NCBI GenBank assembly: GCA_965233585.1 | Contig: CBDDTI010000745.1 | Coordinates: forward strand, 512,001 to 576,000 | Origin: a bacterium | GTDB taxonomy: Bacteria; SAR324; NAC60-12 | Length of the DNA stretch: 64,000 bases | Direction of reading: 5' to 3' | Shown here: in pieces, positions 1 to 12,803 of the stretch | How the letters are laid out: every line of letters starts with the position of its first letter | How positions within the stretch are numbered: position 1 is the stretch's first letter | Notes under the pieces: generated by a model | Database searches by the model: none | What the model was told of the DNA's origin: nothing | The model's input: only the letters and a program-made list of their open reading frames with translations | Position numbers and translations under genes: made by a program

Positions 1-516
1 ACCAGCCAGAGAAATCAACAACAATGCCGATGGTTTGGGAAGGATTAAGCCCAGTTTTTTCGCACGATTCATACACCATTGGTCTGGAGTTGCATCATCG
101 TAGGTGACAAATTTATGAACCTTGCCTGATGCTTTAATCAATTTAAGCAAGGCAGCAGGTAGGTCTTGCTCTTTATTCATTTGTGCGGTGAGTATGACCC
201 ATGTATCAGAACTTTTGGTGATAGATTCCAAGATGCCAGCAAGTTTTGAAATCAAATCTTTATGAGCTTTGATGGCTTCTAAATGGGAGAGAATGAAAAT
301 TTGACAATCTATCAAAAAAGGTGGAGTTTGGAGGGTCAATAAGAATTGTTCAATTTGGTTTCCTTCTTGAGAAGATTTAAGCAATTCTTGCATGTTAAAA
401 GATTGCACGCCAAGACCAGAATCACGTCCTGCTAAAAGATGCGATTCATAACGTGCTTGTTCTTCTTCAATCAGCACTTTGTTATTTCCATAAATCAAAA
501 CCAGTCTTTCTTTCAT
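1..516 (-). CDS. holA: DNA polymerase III delta subunit, N-terminal part (runs off window)
   Basis: Manual translation MKERLVLIYGNNKVLIEEE...LQTPPFL...QWCMNRAKKLGLILPKPSALLLISLAG fits the HolA pattern (LIYG, T-PF, W..RAK..GL). Open to position 1; absent from the ORF track. Confidence 0.7.
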   Translation of the reverse strand, partial: MKERLVLIYGNNKVLIEEEQARYESHLLAGRDSGLGVQSFNMQELLKSSQEGNQIEQFLLTLQTPPFLIDCQIFILSHLEAIKAHKDLISKLAGILESITKSSDTWVILTAQMNKEQDLPAALLKLIKASGKVHKFVTYDDATPDQWCMNRAKKLGLILPKPSALLLISLAG

Positions 517-584
517 TCTTAATTGTTTCTATTAAGTTTTTAGATTAAATTTTTGGCAGTTCTGCTTTTTTAAAATCCTTCAAA

Positions 585-1754
585 TCAAAAATACTCTGCC
601 GTGCTGAAAATAGGAAGATAGATTGAAACTAAAGCAAACAAGACTCCACATGCTACAACCAAAATAGACACTGGTTCAATAAAAGACGTCACTAAATTCA
701 TACGTCTTTCTAACCATTCTTGGTTGACCTCAACGATATGTTCAAAGGCTGATTCCAAATTGCCAACAGACTCTCCCATTGCCACTAAATGCACAAACAC
801 TGGTGAAAATAGCTTTGAATCTGAATAGGCTTTTGCCAATGGTTCGCCATAATTGATTTTATAGTGGATATTTTGGACTTCGTTTAAAAAATCCTTTGAG
901 ATGATGGATTCTGCCAGCTTTAATGATGTTCCAAAGTTTAAGCCTGCTTGAGTGGTCAAAGTCAATGACCTTGCATAAAACAATGTTTGGGTAGATTGTT
1001 CCATTTTTGAAAAGATAGGAATCCACCTTAAAAAGATGCTTAAACCCAGATATTGATGCCAAATTTTTCCAATCACTCCAATCATCACAACTGCCAATAA
1101 CCACACCAAAGGATAGGTTCTTAAAGACGAACTGAACATCATCACAACTTGTGTCGTGAAAGGGAGGTCATTTTTAAAAGAGCCAAAAAGGTTTTCAAAC
1201 ATCGGCACAATAAAAATCAAGATGGCTAAAAAAATCAGACTTGACAACGCTGAGACAATCACAGGATAAAGCAACATCTTTTGTCTTTGTTTTGAGATAT
1301 TTAGACGTGTTTCAAAGAAGACAAAAAGTTGTTTTAAGATGATAGGAAGTTGGTCTGAATATTCTGCAACGCTCATTAATTTCAAGAAGAGAGGAGGCCA
1401 ATATTTTTCAAATCGTTCAAAAGCAAATTGTAGCGAACGTCCTTCTTTCAAATCTTCTCTAATTTGGCAAAGGATATATGCAAAAGTTGGATTTCTTTGG
1501 TATCGGATTATGAAGTTTAAAGATTCAAGAAAGCCAATGCCAGAGGCTAGCATCTTTTGAAGCTGAAGGAGAAAGTCAACTAACAGTTGAATGGAGATAG
1601 GAATTTTAAGTTGACTGGAGGCAATGTATCGGATTTTCGTCATGAAGATATTTTGTTGCTTAAGTTGAAGTTTCAGAGAATTAGGGTTTGTTAAATCGCT
1701 GATTCCTTCATATTCTTGACCTTCTATGTCAAGACCACTCCAAAAATAGGGCAT
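585..1754 (-). CDS. Type II secretion F / type IV pilus PilC family inner-membrane protein
   Basis: Two T2SSF domains (GRSLQFAF, MGESVGNL), LLYPVIV and IEP...IYLPIF motifs. Confidence 0.9.
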   Translation of the reverse strand: MPYFWSGLDIEGQEYEGISDLTNPNSLKLQLKQQNIFMTKIRYIASSQLKIPISIQLLVDFLLQLQKMLASGIGFLESLNFIIRYQRNPTFAYILCQIREDLKEGRSLQFAFERFEKYWPPLFLKLMSVAEYSDQLPIILKQLFVFFETRLNISKQRQKMLLYPVIVSALSSLIFLAILIFIVPMFENLFGSFKNDLPFTTQVVMMFSSSLRTYPLVWLLAVVMIGVIGKIWHQYLGLSIFLRWIPIFSKMEQSTQTLFYARSLTLTTQAGLNFGTSLKLAESIISKDFLNEVQNIHYKINYGEPLAKAYSDSKLFSPVFVHLVAMGESVGNLESAFEHIVEVNQEWLERRMNLVTSFIEPVSILVVACGVLFALVSIYLPIFSTAEYF

Positions 1755-3070
1755 TACTTCTTTTTAGGTTGTCTCTTTCGTTTTCTCCAAACAACTTGGA
1801 TTGGAACACCTTCAAAGCCAAAATGATAACGCAATTTATTAATCATGTAACGTTGGTAAGATGTATCAATGGCTTGGGGTTGATTAGAAACAAAGGCAAA
1901 TTTTGGAGGGGCAGAAGCAATTTGACTTCCGTAATAGACTGATGTGCTTTTTCCTAACTTTGCAGGGGGGGCATGCCTCATTAAAATCTCTTTTAGAGCT
2001 AAATTGACATGATAGGTGGAGATGCGTTTGGAATATTGTTGCCAAATCCACTCTGCTTGTTCAAAAGCCTTATCAAGTCCTTTGCCAGTTTTGGCAGAAA
2101 CACAAACGATTGGAACATGTTCTAAAAAGGTCAAAGAGTGATGAATTTGTTTTTCTAGTTGATTTTGTGATGTTTTCAATAAATCTATTTTATTGCATAA
2201 AATGACAACAGGTTTGTTTTTTTTGCAAAGCAAGTCAGCCAGCTTGGCTGTTTGATTGCAAACTCCCTCAGTAGAATCAACGACTAAAAACACAAGATTT
2301 GCTTGTTCTGCAGAACGAAGACTTGAAGACACACAAAATTGCTCTATTTTTTCATGGACTTTGTTTTTTCTGCGAACTCCTGCTGTGTCAATCAGGCTGT
2401 AGCTTTTTCCTTTTCTGGTGATGATAGACTCCACAGAATCTCTAGTGGTGCCTGGTACATCATCAACAATCATTCTCTCCCTACCAAGCAGACAATTCAC
2501 CAAAGAGGATTTTCCTGCGTTAGGCTTTCCAAGTAATGTCAGCTTTAAAGTAGGATTTGCTGGTTTAGAAGTTTGTGAGTGATTGAAAGAGGCAAAAACG
2601 TTTTTCAGGAGGGAATCTATACCAAGATTATGTTCTGCAGAGATAGGAAAAATTTTTGATGCACCAGAGCGATAAAAGTCATAAGTCAAGTCATTCAATT
2701 TGTCAGAATCAGTTTTATTGATTGCAAAATAAAAAGGTTTGCCAGAACATCTGACCTGATGAAAAATTTGTTTGTCTTCATCTAAAAAACCATCTCTGAC
2801 ATCGGTCAAAAAGATGATGGCATCAGATTCCTTGATGGCACTTTCAACCTGTTCTCTAATTTTGGAACTCATTTGGCTTGAATGAAAATCAAGCCCCCCT
2901 GTGTCAATGAGTCTTGCTTTTGAACCCAAAAAATCCATAATGCTCTCATTTCTATCGCGTGTGACACCGGGCTGATTATTGACAATCGCCTTACGACTTT
3001 GGACAAGGCGATTGAAAAGGGTTGACTTCCCTACGTTAGGTCTCCCAACGATAGCGATACAAGGGAGCAT
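1754..3070 (-). CDS. der: Ribosome biogenesis GTPase Der (EngA)
   Basis: Two G domains (GRPNVGKS, GKPNAGKS; DTGG/DTAG) plus KH-like C-terminus. Start placed at ATG 3070, just past the gyrB stop. Confidence 0.97.
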   Translation of the reverse strand: MLPCIAIVGRPNVGKSTLFNRLVQSRKAIVNNQPGVTRDRNESIMDFLGSKARLIDTGGLDFHSSQMSSKIREQVESAIKESDAIIFLTDVRDGFLDEDKQIFHQVRCSGKPFYFAINKTDSDKLNDLTYDFYRSGASKIFPISAEHNLGIDSLLKNVFASFNHSQTSKPANPTLKLTLLGKPNAGKSSLVNCLLGRERMIVDDVPGTTRDSVESIITRKGKSYSLIDTAGVRRKNKVHEKIEQFCVSSSLRSAEQANLVFLVVDSTEGVCNQTAKLADLLCKKNKPVVILCNKIDLLKTSQNQLEKQIHHSLTFLEHVPIVCVSAKTGKGLDKAFEQAEWIWQQYSKRISTYHVNLALKEILMRHAPPAKLGKSTSVYYGSQIASAPPKFAFVSNQPQAIDTSYQRYMINKLRYHFGFEGVPIQVVWRKRKRQPKKK

Positions 3071-3071
3071 G

Positions 3072-5486
<2,415 letters not shown>

Positions 5487-5515
5487 TTATTAGAAAAGTC
5501 ATTACATAGTCAGGA

Positions 5516-6594
5516 TCAATCGTGATGAACCACACCTTGTCTGATGGCAAGATGTTGACCTTCATTTTTAAACTGATCTGGAAAATTGGTTGAAGTGATA
5601 AAAATTTGATTTGGTATGTCAGCAAAAAACTGCATAATCTGATTGCAAACAGACCTATCAAATTCTGAAAATAAGTCGTCAAAAATTAAAATAGAATTTG
5701 TTTGACAACTTTCCGAGATTAAATCATTAATTGCTATTTTTAAAGCAAGAGTCGTGATTTTCATCTCTCCTTGTGAAAAAAACTCTTTGTCTCCTTTTTC
5801 ATCTAAAAACAATTTGAAGTCATCACGATGCGCTCCAAAGCAGGAATAGCCATAGTCTTTCTCTCTTTGTTTCTGCTTCTCTAGTTTTTCAAAAATAGCT
5901 TTCTCACAACTTAGGGTCTCTTTTGCCAAACAAGGAAGATACTTTAAAGACAACTTTTCGTGACGTAATGTCATCTTCTGAAAAAGCAAAGTCAATTTAA
6001 GATTCAACTTCTCAATATATTCTTGACGAAACTTGCAAATGTTCATGGTAATTTGAGCAAGGATTTGATTCCAGTAAGAAATTTGAGAGAGGTCTTTGTG
6101 TTTCAGTAAAGCATTTTTTTGCTCTAAAACCTGCTTGAGTCTTTGAACTTCTAAAAAATAATCAGATGAGATGAAAGAAAAGGTTCTATCAAAAAAACGT
6201 CTTCTCTCGCTGGGAGAAAAACGAAAAAGGTTGACGTCTGAAGGCGTGAATGCAATTACAAAAAAAAACGGACAAAATCGGAGGCTTTGTGGCAAATTTT
6301 ATCATCAAGAAACACTTGCTTTCCTTTAGTCGTTAACAAAGTTCTCACTTTATGGAATACGCCATCTTTCGCAATAGTTGCCCAAATGTTTGAAAACTCT
6401 TTGCCATGAAGAGTCAACAAATGAGTTTTGAAAGGTCGGAAAGAATCCAAAGAACAGGCATAGTAAATGGCTTCTACTAAGCTTGTCTTACCCGCACCAT
6501 TCAAACCTGAAATTAAGTTCAAGTTTGGGGAAAATGTCATGCTTTGGTCTTCATAAAGCCTAAAGTTCAACAGCCTCATCTCTTTGACTACCAT
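5516..6594 (-). pseudogene. recF: RecF, split into two overlapping ORFs (6256..6594 and 5516..6295) by a frameshift in a T9 run; may be a sequencing error
   Basis: ORF1 has Walker A GLNGAGKTS. ORF2 has SPSERRRFFD, GAHRDDF, SQGE, LIFDDLFSEFD. Lies between dnaN and gyrB; break at the A9 run 6260..6268. Confidence 0.85.
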
Positions 6595-7709
6595 TCAATC
6601 CTCAAAGGCATCAACACTGATAAAAATTCAGAAGAATCAGCATCTTTGACCAAAGCTGCTGCCATTGCATCATTTTTAAAGAAAAGATGCACAGTGTCAC
6701 CTTCTATCACATTCAAAACATCAAGAAGATACTTTGCATTAAATCCAATTTGAAAGGTATCGCCTTCATATTCAATACCAATTTCATCAGTAATTTCACC
6801 ATACTCACCTTTTTCACTTTCCAAGATGAGCTTATCATTCATCAATGTTAGTTTAATGGGTTTGATTTTCTCATAACTAATCAAGGACACAATTTTAATT
6901 GCAGAAATCAGCTCCTCTTTGCGTGCTTTGAATTGGAGTTCACAATCAGACTCCTTTGGAATGATTGGGTCGCAGTTTGGAAACTTCCCATCAATCAATC
7001 TTGTTTTAAAAATGATATTTTCACCAACGAATTGAAGAGACATTTCATCAAACAAAATTTGCAATTCAGCACCAAACAAAGGCAAAGCACGTATAATCTC
7101 TTGAAGTGCATCGCGTGGCACAATAATCTCTTGCAACTCTTCATATTCAATGGATTCATTAGTTGAGAGGACTTGAGCAAGCCGATGCCCGTCCGTTGCA
7201 ATCCAACGAGACGTATTCTGGTCTAAAGTAGAAAGGCAAACTCCCATCAAATTACGCCTAGATTCATTCATTTGCGATGCAAACAAAGTCATATTTGCAC
7301 AACGTTTCAGGTTTTGTGCAGATATTGTAATTTTGGAGGAGAAGTCACTTTGTTCAATTTTTGGGTAAAGTTCTGCATCAATGGAGGCAAGTTTTAATTT
7401 TGTATTTCCATTAACAATTTCAATCCATAGGTCAGAAAGCGATGTAATAGACACTGTAGCCTCTTTAAATTCACGACAAGCATCGTAAAGACGTTTAGCA
7501 TTGACGCAAATCACACCTTCTTCCAAAATCTCTGCCTTAAATTTTCCTATGACAGATAATTCATAATTGGTTGCAGAAACTTCTATGATGTCTTTCTCTG
7601 TCTTAATCAAGAAATTAGCAAGAATGGGCTTCATGCCACTCTTATCCGAAATGGCTGTTACAATTTGTAAAACTTCTATGAGTGTTTCTTTTTGAATATT
7701 TATTTTCAT
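6588..7709 (-). CDS. dnaN: DNA polymerase III beta sliding clamp
   Basis: ATDGHRLA, RLIDGKFP, IGFNAKYLLD, C-terminal LMPLR. Confidence 0.97.
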   Translation of the reverse strand: MKINIQKETLIEVLQIVTAISDKSGMKPILANFLIKTEKDIIEVSATNYELSVIGKFKAEILEEGVICVNAKRLYDACREFKEATVSITSLSDLWIEIVNGNTKLKLASIDAELYPKIEQSDFSSKITISAQNLKRCANMTLFASQMNESRRNLMGVCLSTLDQNTSRWIATDGHRLAQVLSTNESIEYEELQEIIVPRDALQEIIRALPLFGAELQILFDEMSLQFVGENIIFKTRLIDGKFPNCDPIIPKESDCELQFKARKEELISAIKIVSLISYEKIKPIKLTLMNDKLILESEKGEYGEITDEIGIEYEGDTFQIGFNAKYLLDVLNVIEGDTVHLFFKNDAMAAALVKDADSSEFLSVLMPLRIEW

Positions 7710-7859
7710 AACTTCTTTATTTAGTAATCTTAATAGGACATTGAAAGTTTAAAAAATGATGACGTCCCTTGTGAACACAACATTTTTTTAATTTGAGAGA
7801 TGATTTAAAAGACAACAAAATTTTGCAGAATTTTTGTGAGAAAGAGCATCAGACTCGTC

Positions 7860-7881
7860 AAGTTGCAAAATTTTGCAACTT
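7860..7881. promoter_or_regulatory. 22-bp perfect palindrome upstream of dnaN
   Basis: AAGTTGCAAAA/TTTTGCAACTT read directly; function unknown. Confidence 0.45.
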
Positions 7882-7937
7882 TGTTAATCTAGCAACGTCA
7901 ATTTTGTTAACTTATTGATTTTATTGATTTTATATTG

Positions 7938-8561
7938 TTAGTCATTGAGTAAGTTTTGAATTTCAGAAAACCCCTTGCCTTCTCTAACCACTTTGGGATT
8001 TGATTCTGTAAAATCTACAATGGTAGAGTGTTCGGCAAAAATAATTCCCCCATTGATGACCAAATCAACTTGATTTTTATATTCTTCATAAAGTTCTTCT
8101 GGATTGTTGTAGAGTATGTCATCTGAATTTTTAAGGCTAACACTTAACATGGGGTTGCCCAAACTTTTAACAAGGTCTGTAGCAATGATGTGATTTGGAA
8201 AGCGGCAACCAATTTTTTTTCGCTTGTGTAAAATATTCTTCGGATTTGCTTTGGAGGCTTCAAAAATCAAGGTATAGGGTCCTGGCAGGATTTTTCTCAT
8301 AATTTTAAAAGTCGCATTGGAAATTCCTGATGAATACGTCTGGATTTCTCTTTCGCTAGAACAAATGAGAGAAAGAGGTTTTTGTTCGTCAAGTTTTCTG
8401 ATTCTACGAAGTTTGTCTATTGCTTTTTTGCTTAAAATATTGCAGCCCAGCCCATAAACGGTGTCTGTGGGGTAAATAATCACACCATCGTTATTGAGAA
8501 TGTCAATAGCCTTTTGAATGAGTCTTGGCGGAGGTGTTTCTGGGTGAATTTTCAACAACAT
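7938..8561 (-). CDS. Sua5/YciO/YrdC family threonylcarbamoyl-AMP synthase-like protein
   Basis: YPTDTVYGLGC, KPLSLIC, LPGPYT, STIVD, VREGKG. Confidence 0.9.
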   Translation of the reverse strand: MLLKIHPETPPPRLIQKAIDILNNDGVIIYPTDTVYGLGCNILSKKAIDKLRRIRKLDEQKPLSLICSSEREIQTYSSGISNATFKIMRKILPGPYTLIFEASKANPKNILHKRKKIGCRFPNHIIATDLVKSLGNPMLSVSLKNSDDILYNNPEELYEEYKNQVDLVINGGIIFAEHSTIVDFTESNPKVVREGKGFSEIQNLLND

Positions 8562-8719
8562 GTCTCAAAGTCAAAAGCAAAACCCAGAATTGTAACATTG
8601 TTCTTAAAAAATCGTAAACAATAATTGAAACATGAAGAAGTGAGGAATTTGGAAGAATTTGAGGTTACGGTAAAATGGCTTTTAATCTAGTTTTGATCCT
8701 TTTCCCAAATTGATGGTTG

Positions 8720-9760
8720 TCATGCCAACTCAATGAGCTGATCTAGCAGGTCTGGATATTGTAAACCTGATGCCTCCCAAAGTTTGGGATACATACTAAT
8801 TTCTGTAAATCCGGGTAGAGTGTTGACTTCATTGATAAAAAAAGAACCATCTGGTTTGAGAAAAAAATCTACTCTTGCCAATCCTTGACATTCCAGACAT
8901 TGAAAAGCTGAAACAGCACATTGACGGATTTTTTGTAACAACTTTTCAGAAAGATCAGATTTAATCACGACATCGCTGCTATTGATGTATTTATTTTCGT
9001 AAGAGTAAAACTGATTTGGCTCTAATATGACTTCTCCAATCACATCGCTGGCTTTGGGAGTATGATTGCCAAGCACAGCACATTCAATCTCTTGGGCTTT
9101 GATGAAGGGTTCAATGATGATTTTCTTATCGTGCTGAAATGCCGTTGCGACAGCCTCTTTAAACTCATCTGAATTAGAGGCTTTGGAAACCCCAACAGCA
9201 GAACCCAGACGACAAGGTTTGACAAATAAAATGTTTGACCCCAATTCTTTCACTGCTTGTTCAAAAGGAAGGTGGTCTTTGAATCTCAATGGTAAAAAAG
9301 GGACAATGGGAAGCTGATTGTCTCTTAAAAGACGCTTTGTCATCTCTTTGTCATTGGCAATGGCAGAACTCAAGGTTTGGCTACCGACAAATGGAACTTC
9401 CAAAAATTGTAAAAAACCTTGTAAAATGCCGTCTTCCCCTGTTGTTCCGTGAATAATGGGGAAGGCAACATCAATTTTTTCTATTGGTGATGATGTTGCT
9501 TTGTCAAGAAGGTGTCCACCCTTGACCAGATAAACTTCAGGTTTGTTAGAATTGATTTGAATATCCTTGACATTTTGACCAATCAAACCATCATCAGTTA
9601 AACTTAATCTCCATGTCCCGTTATATTCAACTGCGATAGTAATGATGCGATATTTGTTTTTATCAAGTCGCGAAATAATATTTTTTGCTGAAACCAGAGA
9701 AACTTGATGCTCACAGCTTCTTCCTCCACAAATCACAGCAACGTTTTTCAGTTGGTTCAT
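8720..9760 (-). CDS. ddl: D-alanine--D-alanine ligase
   Basis: GGRSCEHQVSL, HGTTGEDG, GSAVGVS, YSYENKY, NEVNTLPGFT. Confidence 0.95.
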   Translation of the reverse strand: MNQLKNVAVICGGRSCEHQVSLVSAKNIISRLDKNKYRIITIAVEYNGTWRLSLTDDGLIGQNVKDIQINSNKPEVYLVKGGHLLDKATSSPIEKIDVAFPIIHGTTGEDGILQGFLQFLEVPFVGSQTLSSAIANDKEMTKRLLRDNQLPIVPFLPLRFKDHLPFEQAVKELGSNILFVKPCRLGSAVGVSKASNSDEFKEAVATAFQHDKKIIIEPFIKAQEIECAVLGNHTPKASDVIGEVILEPNQFYSYENKYINSSDVVIKSDLSEKLLQKIRQCAVSAFQCLECQGLARVDFFLKPDGSFFINEVNTLPGFTEISMYPKLWEASGLQYPDLLDQLIELA

Positions 9761-9798
9761 GTTAAATGTTTTTTGGTTGAAAAAATTTATTTTAATCT

Positions 9799-10026
9799 AT
9801 GAAGTCATCTTATTCCAGACTTTTACTGCTAAGCTCAATGGGGTTAGAGTTGGGCTTGTCTGTCATTGTTGGTTCTTTCATTGGTTTGTATCTTGATGAG
9901 AAATTTGGGACAGATCCTTGGCTGTTGCTATTGTTTGTCATTTTTGGAATCATTGCTGGTTATCGCAGCTTGTATAGAGTTTTAAAAAAAATGTTAAAAG
10001 AGGACAAAAAAGATGAATCAGGTTAG
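9799..10026 (+). CDS. ATP synthase gene-1 (AtpZ/AtpQ-type) small membrane protein
   Basis: GLYLDEKFGTDPWLLL motif, two TM helices, first gene of the atp cluster. Confidence 0.85.
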   Translation: MKSSYSRLLLLSSMGLELGLSVIVGSFIGLYLDEKFGTDPWLLLLFVIFGIIAGYRSLYRVLKKMLKEDKKDESG

Positions 10027-10378
10027 TATGCAAAACTCTGTGAAAGAAATTGAGTATGTGCTTTGGGGAGTTGGAGGACTTGGGGTGTTGGCTTCAATTT
10101 GGCATAGTGTGAATTTTGCGACATCAGTTTTGTTAGGGGTTCTGGTGATTGCACTCAATTTTGCTTTGACAAAGAAGGCTGTGGTGAAGATTCTAGCTGG
10201 TGAAAGTCATGCTAAAAATAAAATGTTGTTCCTATACTTGCTTAAAATTGGAACGTCTGCTATCCTGATATATTTTGCTATTTTTAGCTTTGGAATATCA
10301 GCGATAGGGTTGTTGCTGGGTCTTTCAAGTCTTTTTGTTGCTATTGTTTTTCACACAGCCAAACGTATTTTATTTTGA
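10013..10378 (+). CDS. atpI: ATP synthase subunit I
   Basis: Four-TM hydrophobic protein directly before atpB. Confidence 0.75.
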   Translation: MNQVSMQNSVKEIEYVLWGVGGLGVLASIWHSVNFATSVLLGVLVIALNFALTKKAVVKILAGESHAKNKMLFLYLLKIGTSAILIYFAIFSFGISAIGLLLGLSSLFVAIVFHTAKRILF

Positions 10379-10384
10379 ATAACT

Positions 10385-11158
10385 ATGAAAGGTAGGGTTA
10401 TTTTTTTAGTATTTTCTATACTGATTCCATTTTCTGCATTTGCTGCGGGAGGATTGACTTGGTCTGGTCTCCTCTTAGGATTTTTAGAGCAACCACTTGC
10501 ACGGATGGGAGTTGATCCCTTGCCTATTTTAGATATGCTATTGGTTTGTGCATTACTGATTATTTTTGCTTATATTGTGGGAAAGCCTTTTCGTCGGGCA
10601 GTTGTTGAACCCTCTGGAAAATTGGATCGCAATTATGTTGTGGAGTTTGTGATAGGTGGCATTGACCGATTCTTGTCTGGAATTATTAGACATGGTCAGG
10701 GAAGTCGCCCTGTTTTTGCTTTGCTTGCAACTTACGCATTCTTCATTTTGTCCCTGAATTTATCAGGGTTGGTTCCCGGATTTAATCCCCCGACAGATCA
10801 GTTTAATGTCACAATCACACTGGGCGTTGTTGTCTTTGTGGTGACCCATTATATGGGGTTTAAAACTCATGGTGCTGGCTATATAAAACAGTTTTTGGGA
10901 CCCTATTTGCCTTTAGCGTGGCTGATGTTCCCAATAGAATTGATTAGTCATTGCGTTCGTCCTCTTTCTCTTGCGATTCGTTTGTTTGGAAATATGACAG
11001 GCGATCACAAAGTAGTTGTGGTGTTTACATCAATCTTTGCAGTAGCTTTGCCTGTTCCCTTTATGGGTCTGGGTGTTCTGGTTTCTGTATTGCAAGCATT
11101 CGTGTTTGTTTTGTTGTCTGCAATTTACTTTGAATCAGCGGTTAGTGAGCCTCACTAA
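10385..11158 (+). CDS. atpB: F0F1 ATP synthase subunit a
   Basis: RPLSLAIRLFGNM and LQAFVFVLLS motifs. Confidence 0.96.
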   Translation: MKGRVIFLVFSILIPFSAFAAGGLTWSGLLLGFLEQPLARMGVDPLPILDMLLVCALLIIFAYIVGKPFRRAVVEPSGKLDRNYVVEFVIGGIDRFLSGIIRHGQGSRPVFALLATYAFFILSLNLSGLVPGFNPPTDQFNVTITLGVVVFVVTHYMGFKTHGAGYIKQFLGPYLPLAWLMFPIELISHCVRPLSLAIRLFGNMTGDHKVVVVFTSIFAVALPVPFMGLGVLVSVLQAFVFVLLSAIYFESAVSEPH

Positions 11159-11204
11159 TCGCCATTTTGTTAACTTTAATTTAGATTAAATAAATAGGTT
11201 TCTT

Positions 11205-11510
11205 ATGAAAAAAAGTTTGGTTACTTTGCTCTTCACTATTGCTTCTGCTCCCCTTTATGCGACACAGCAGTTATATGGAGAGTTGGGAGTGTTTGGAATT
11301 GCACTTGGTGCGGGATTAGCTATTTCTGTTGCTGCGTTAGGTGGTGGAATTGGTCAAGGGATTGCGGTGAGTTCTGCGTTAGAAGGAATTGCACGAAATC
11401 CAAATGCTTCTGATAAAATCTTTACTCCAATGATTGTTGGTTTAGCGTTGATTGAGTCTTTAGTCATCTATGGACTTGTGATTGCATTCATTTTGCAGGC
11501 TAAAATCTAG
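11205..11510 (+). CDS. atpE: F0F1 ATP synthase subunit c
   Basis: GGGIGQG, ARNP loop, LIESLVIY. Confidence 0.96.
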   Translation: MKKSLVTLLFTIASAPLYATQQLYGELGVFGIALGAGLAISVAALGGGIGQGIAVSSALEGIARNPNASDKIFTPMIVGLALIESLVIYGLVIAFILQAKI

Positions 11511-11518
11511 CATGATTT

Positions 11519-11544
11519 TTTGCGTCAATTTATGTTGACGCAAA
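11519..11544 (+). terminator. Stem-loop after atpE
   Basis: TTTGCGTCAA-tttatg-TTGACGCAAA; no clear U tract. Confidence 0.5.
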
Positions 11545-11579
11545 CCCTGTGTTGTCTTTCTAATTTCCTTCGCCTGTCT

Positions 11580-12803
11580 ATGTGGGACTTTTCTCCTCCT
11601 AGTCTTTCCGACTTATCTGACAGAGACGTCTCGTTATCTTCCGATAGTTTAAAGTTTAAAAAATTGGCAGTTCTGATGACCGCAAGTATTGCAGCATACA
11701 GAATGGTTGATTTTGTAAGGGAATTGAGAAGGCAAGGTGCTGACGTTTGGGTATTTGCAACACATGAAGCACTGGAATATGTGTCAAAAAGGTCTCTTGA
11801 GTGGGCATCTTTGCATCAAGTGATAGATTCATTTTCTGCAGAGTCTCCTCATTTGTCCTATGATTTTGATTTGTATCTTGTCATTCCAGCGACATACAAT
11901 ACTCTCAATAAAATGGCGAATGGTGTTGCAGACAATGTGGTGTTAACACTGTTTGCATCGGCATTGGGAAAACTAGAAAAGCAGAAAAGCCAAATAATGG
12001 TTGCTCCTGCCATGCACGGAACGATGCACAACTCCATTTTGACTCAATCATTACAAAAATTGGCTAGTCTTGGTGTTGAAGTTTTGAAACCAAGACAAGA
12101 AAATGGAAAAAACAATTTACCTGCTTTTGAAGTGATTATCGCTGAAGCAATTAGGCTTTTGACTCCTCAAAAATTTGCAGAGAAGACAATTTTGATCACG
12201 GGAGGAGCCACTCCCGTTTGCCTTGATAGCATTAGAAGAGTGACAAATTGCTTTACAGGTCGTCTTGCCATTGAGATTGCCAAAGAGTCCTACTTTCAAG
12301 GAGCAAAAGTTATTTTACTTCTTGGGGAAGGTTCTGATAGTCCACCTTCCTACTTGGAATACGAACAAATCTCTTCCTATGAAGAATATGACAGGGTCGT
12401 TTTTGAAAAGTTATCTTCCCAAAATGTAGATATAGGCATTTTTTCAGCTTCTGTGGCAGATTATCAACCAAAAGAAAAATTTGAAGGAAAGATGCCAAGT
12501 GGTCGGGAGTGGACGATTCAAATGACTCCTTTGCCAAAAGTGATTGCAAAAGTTTGTCAAAAGTTTTCATCACTGAAAATGGTCGCTTTCAAGTATGAAG
12601 AGTCGGCTGATTTTGTTGAATTGGAGATGAAAGCAAAAGAGTATTTGAAAAAGGGGTATTCTTATCTTGTGGCAAATTCTGGACAGGAGTGTCAAAGGCA
12701 AGGTCAGCAAGTCGCCTATATTTTCAATGAGACTTTTCCTCATGTCAAGGCAGTAGGAAAGTCTGAAATTGCAAAAACTCTTTTAAAAGTTTTGTCAGTT
12801 TGA
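11580..12803 (+). CDS. coaBC: Bifunctional phosphopantothenoylcysteine decarboxylase/synthetase
   Basis: SIAAYR, PATYNTLNKMANGVADN, ILITGGAT, ASVADY. Start moved to ATG 11580, after the hairpin. Confidence 0.88.
   Translation: MWDFSPPSLSDLSDRDVSLSSDSLKFKKLAVLMTASIAAYRMVDFVRELRRQGADVWVFATHEALEYVSKRSLEWASLHQVIDSFSAESPHLSYDFDLYLVIPATYNTLNKMANGVADNVVLTLFASALGKLEKQKSQIMVAPAMHGTMHNSILTQSLQKLASLGVEVLKPRQENGKNNLPAFEVIIAEAIRLLTPQKFAEKTILITGGATPVCLDSIRRVTNCFTGRLAIEIAKESYFQGAKVILLLGEGSDSPPSYLEYEQISSYEEYDRVVFEKLSSQNVDIGIFSASVADYQPKEKFEGKMPSGREWTIQMTPLPKVIAKVCQKFSSLKMVAFKYEESADFVELEMKAKEYLKKGYSYLVANSGQECQRQGQQVAYIFNETFPHVKAVGKSEIAKTLLKVLSV

Noticed and set aside
7710..7937. Possible oriC
   Set aside because: No convincing DnaA boxes and no dnaA; kept only as an unexplained palindrome.
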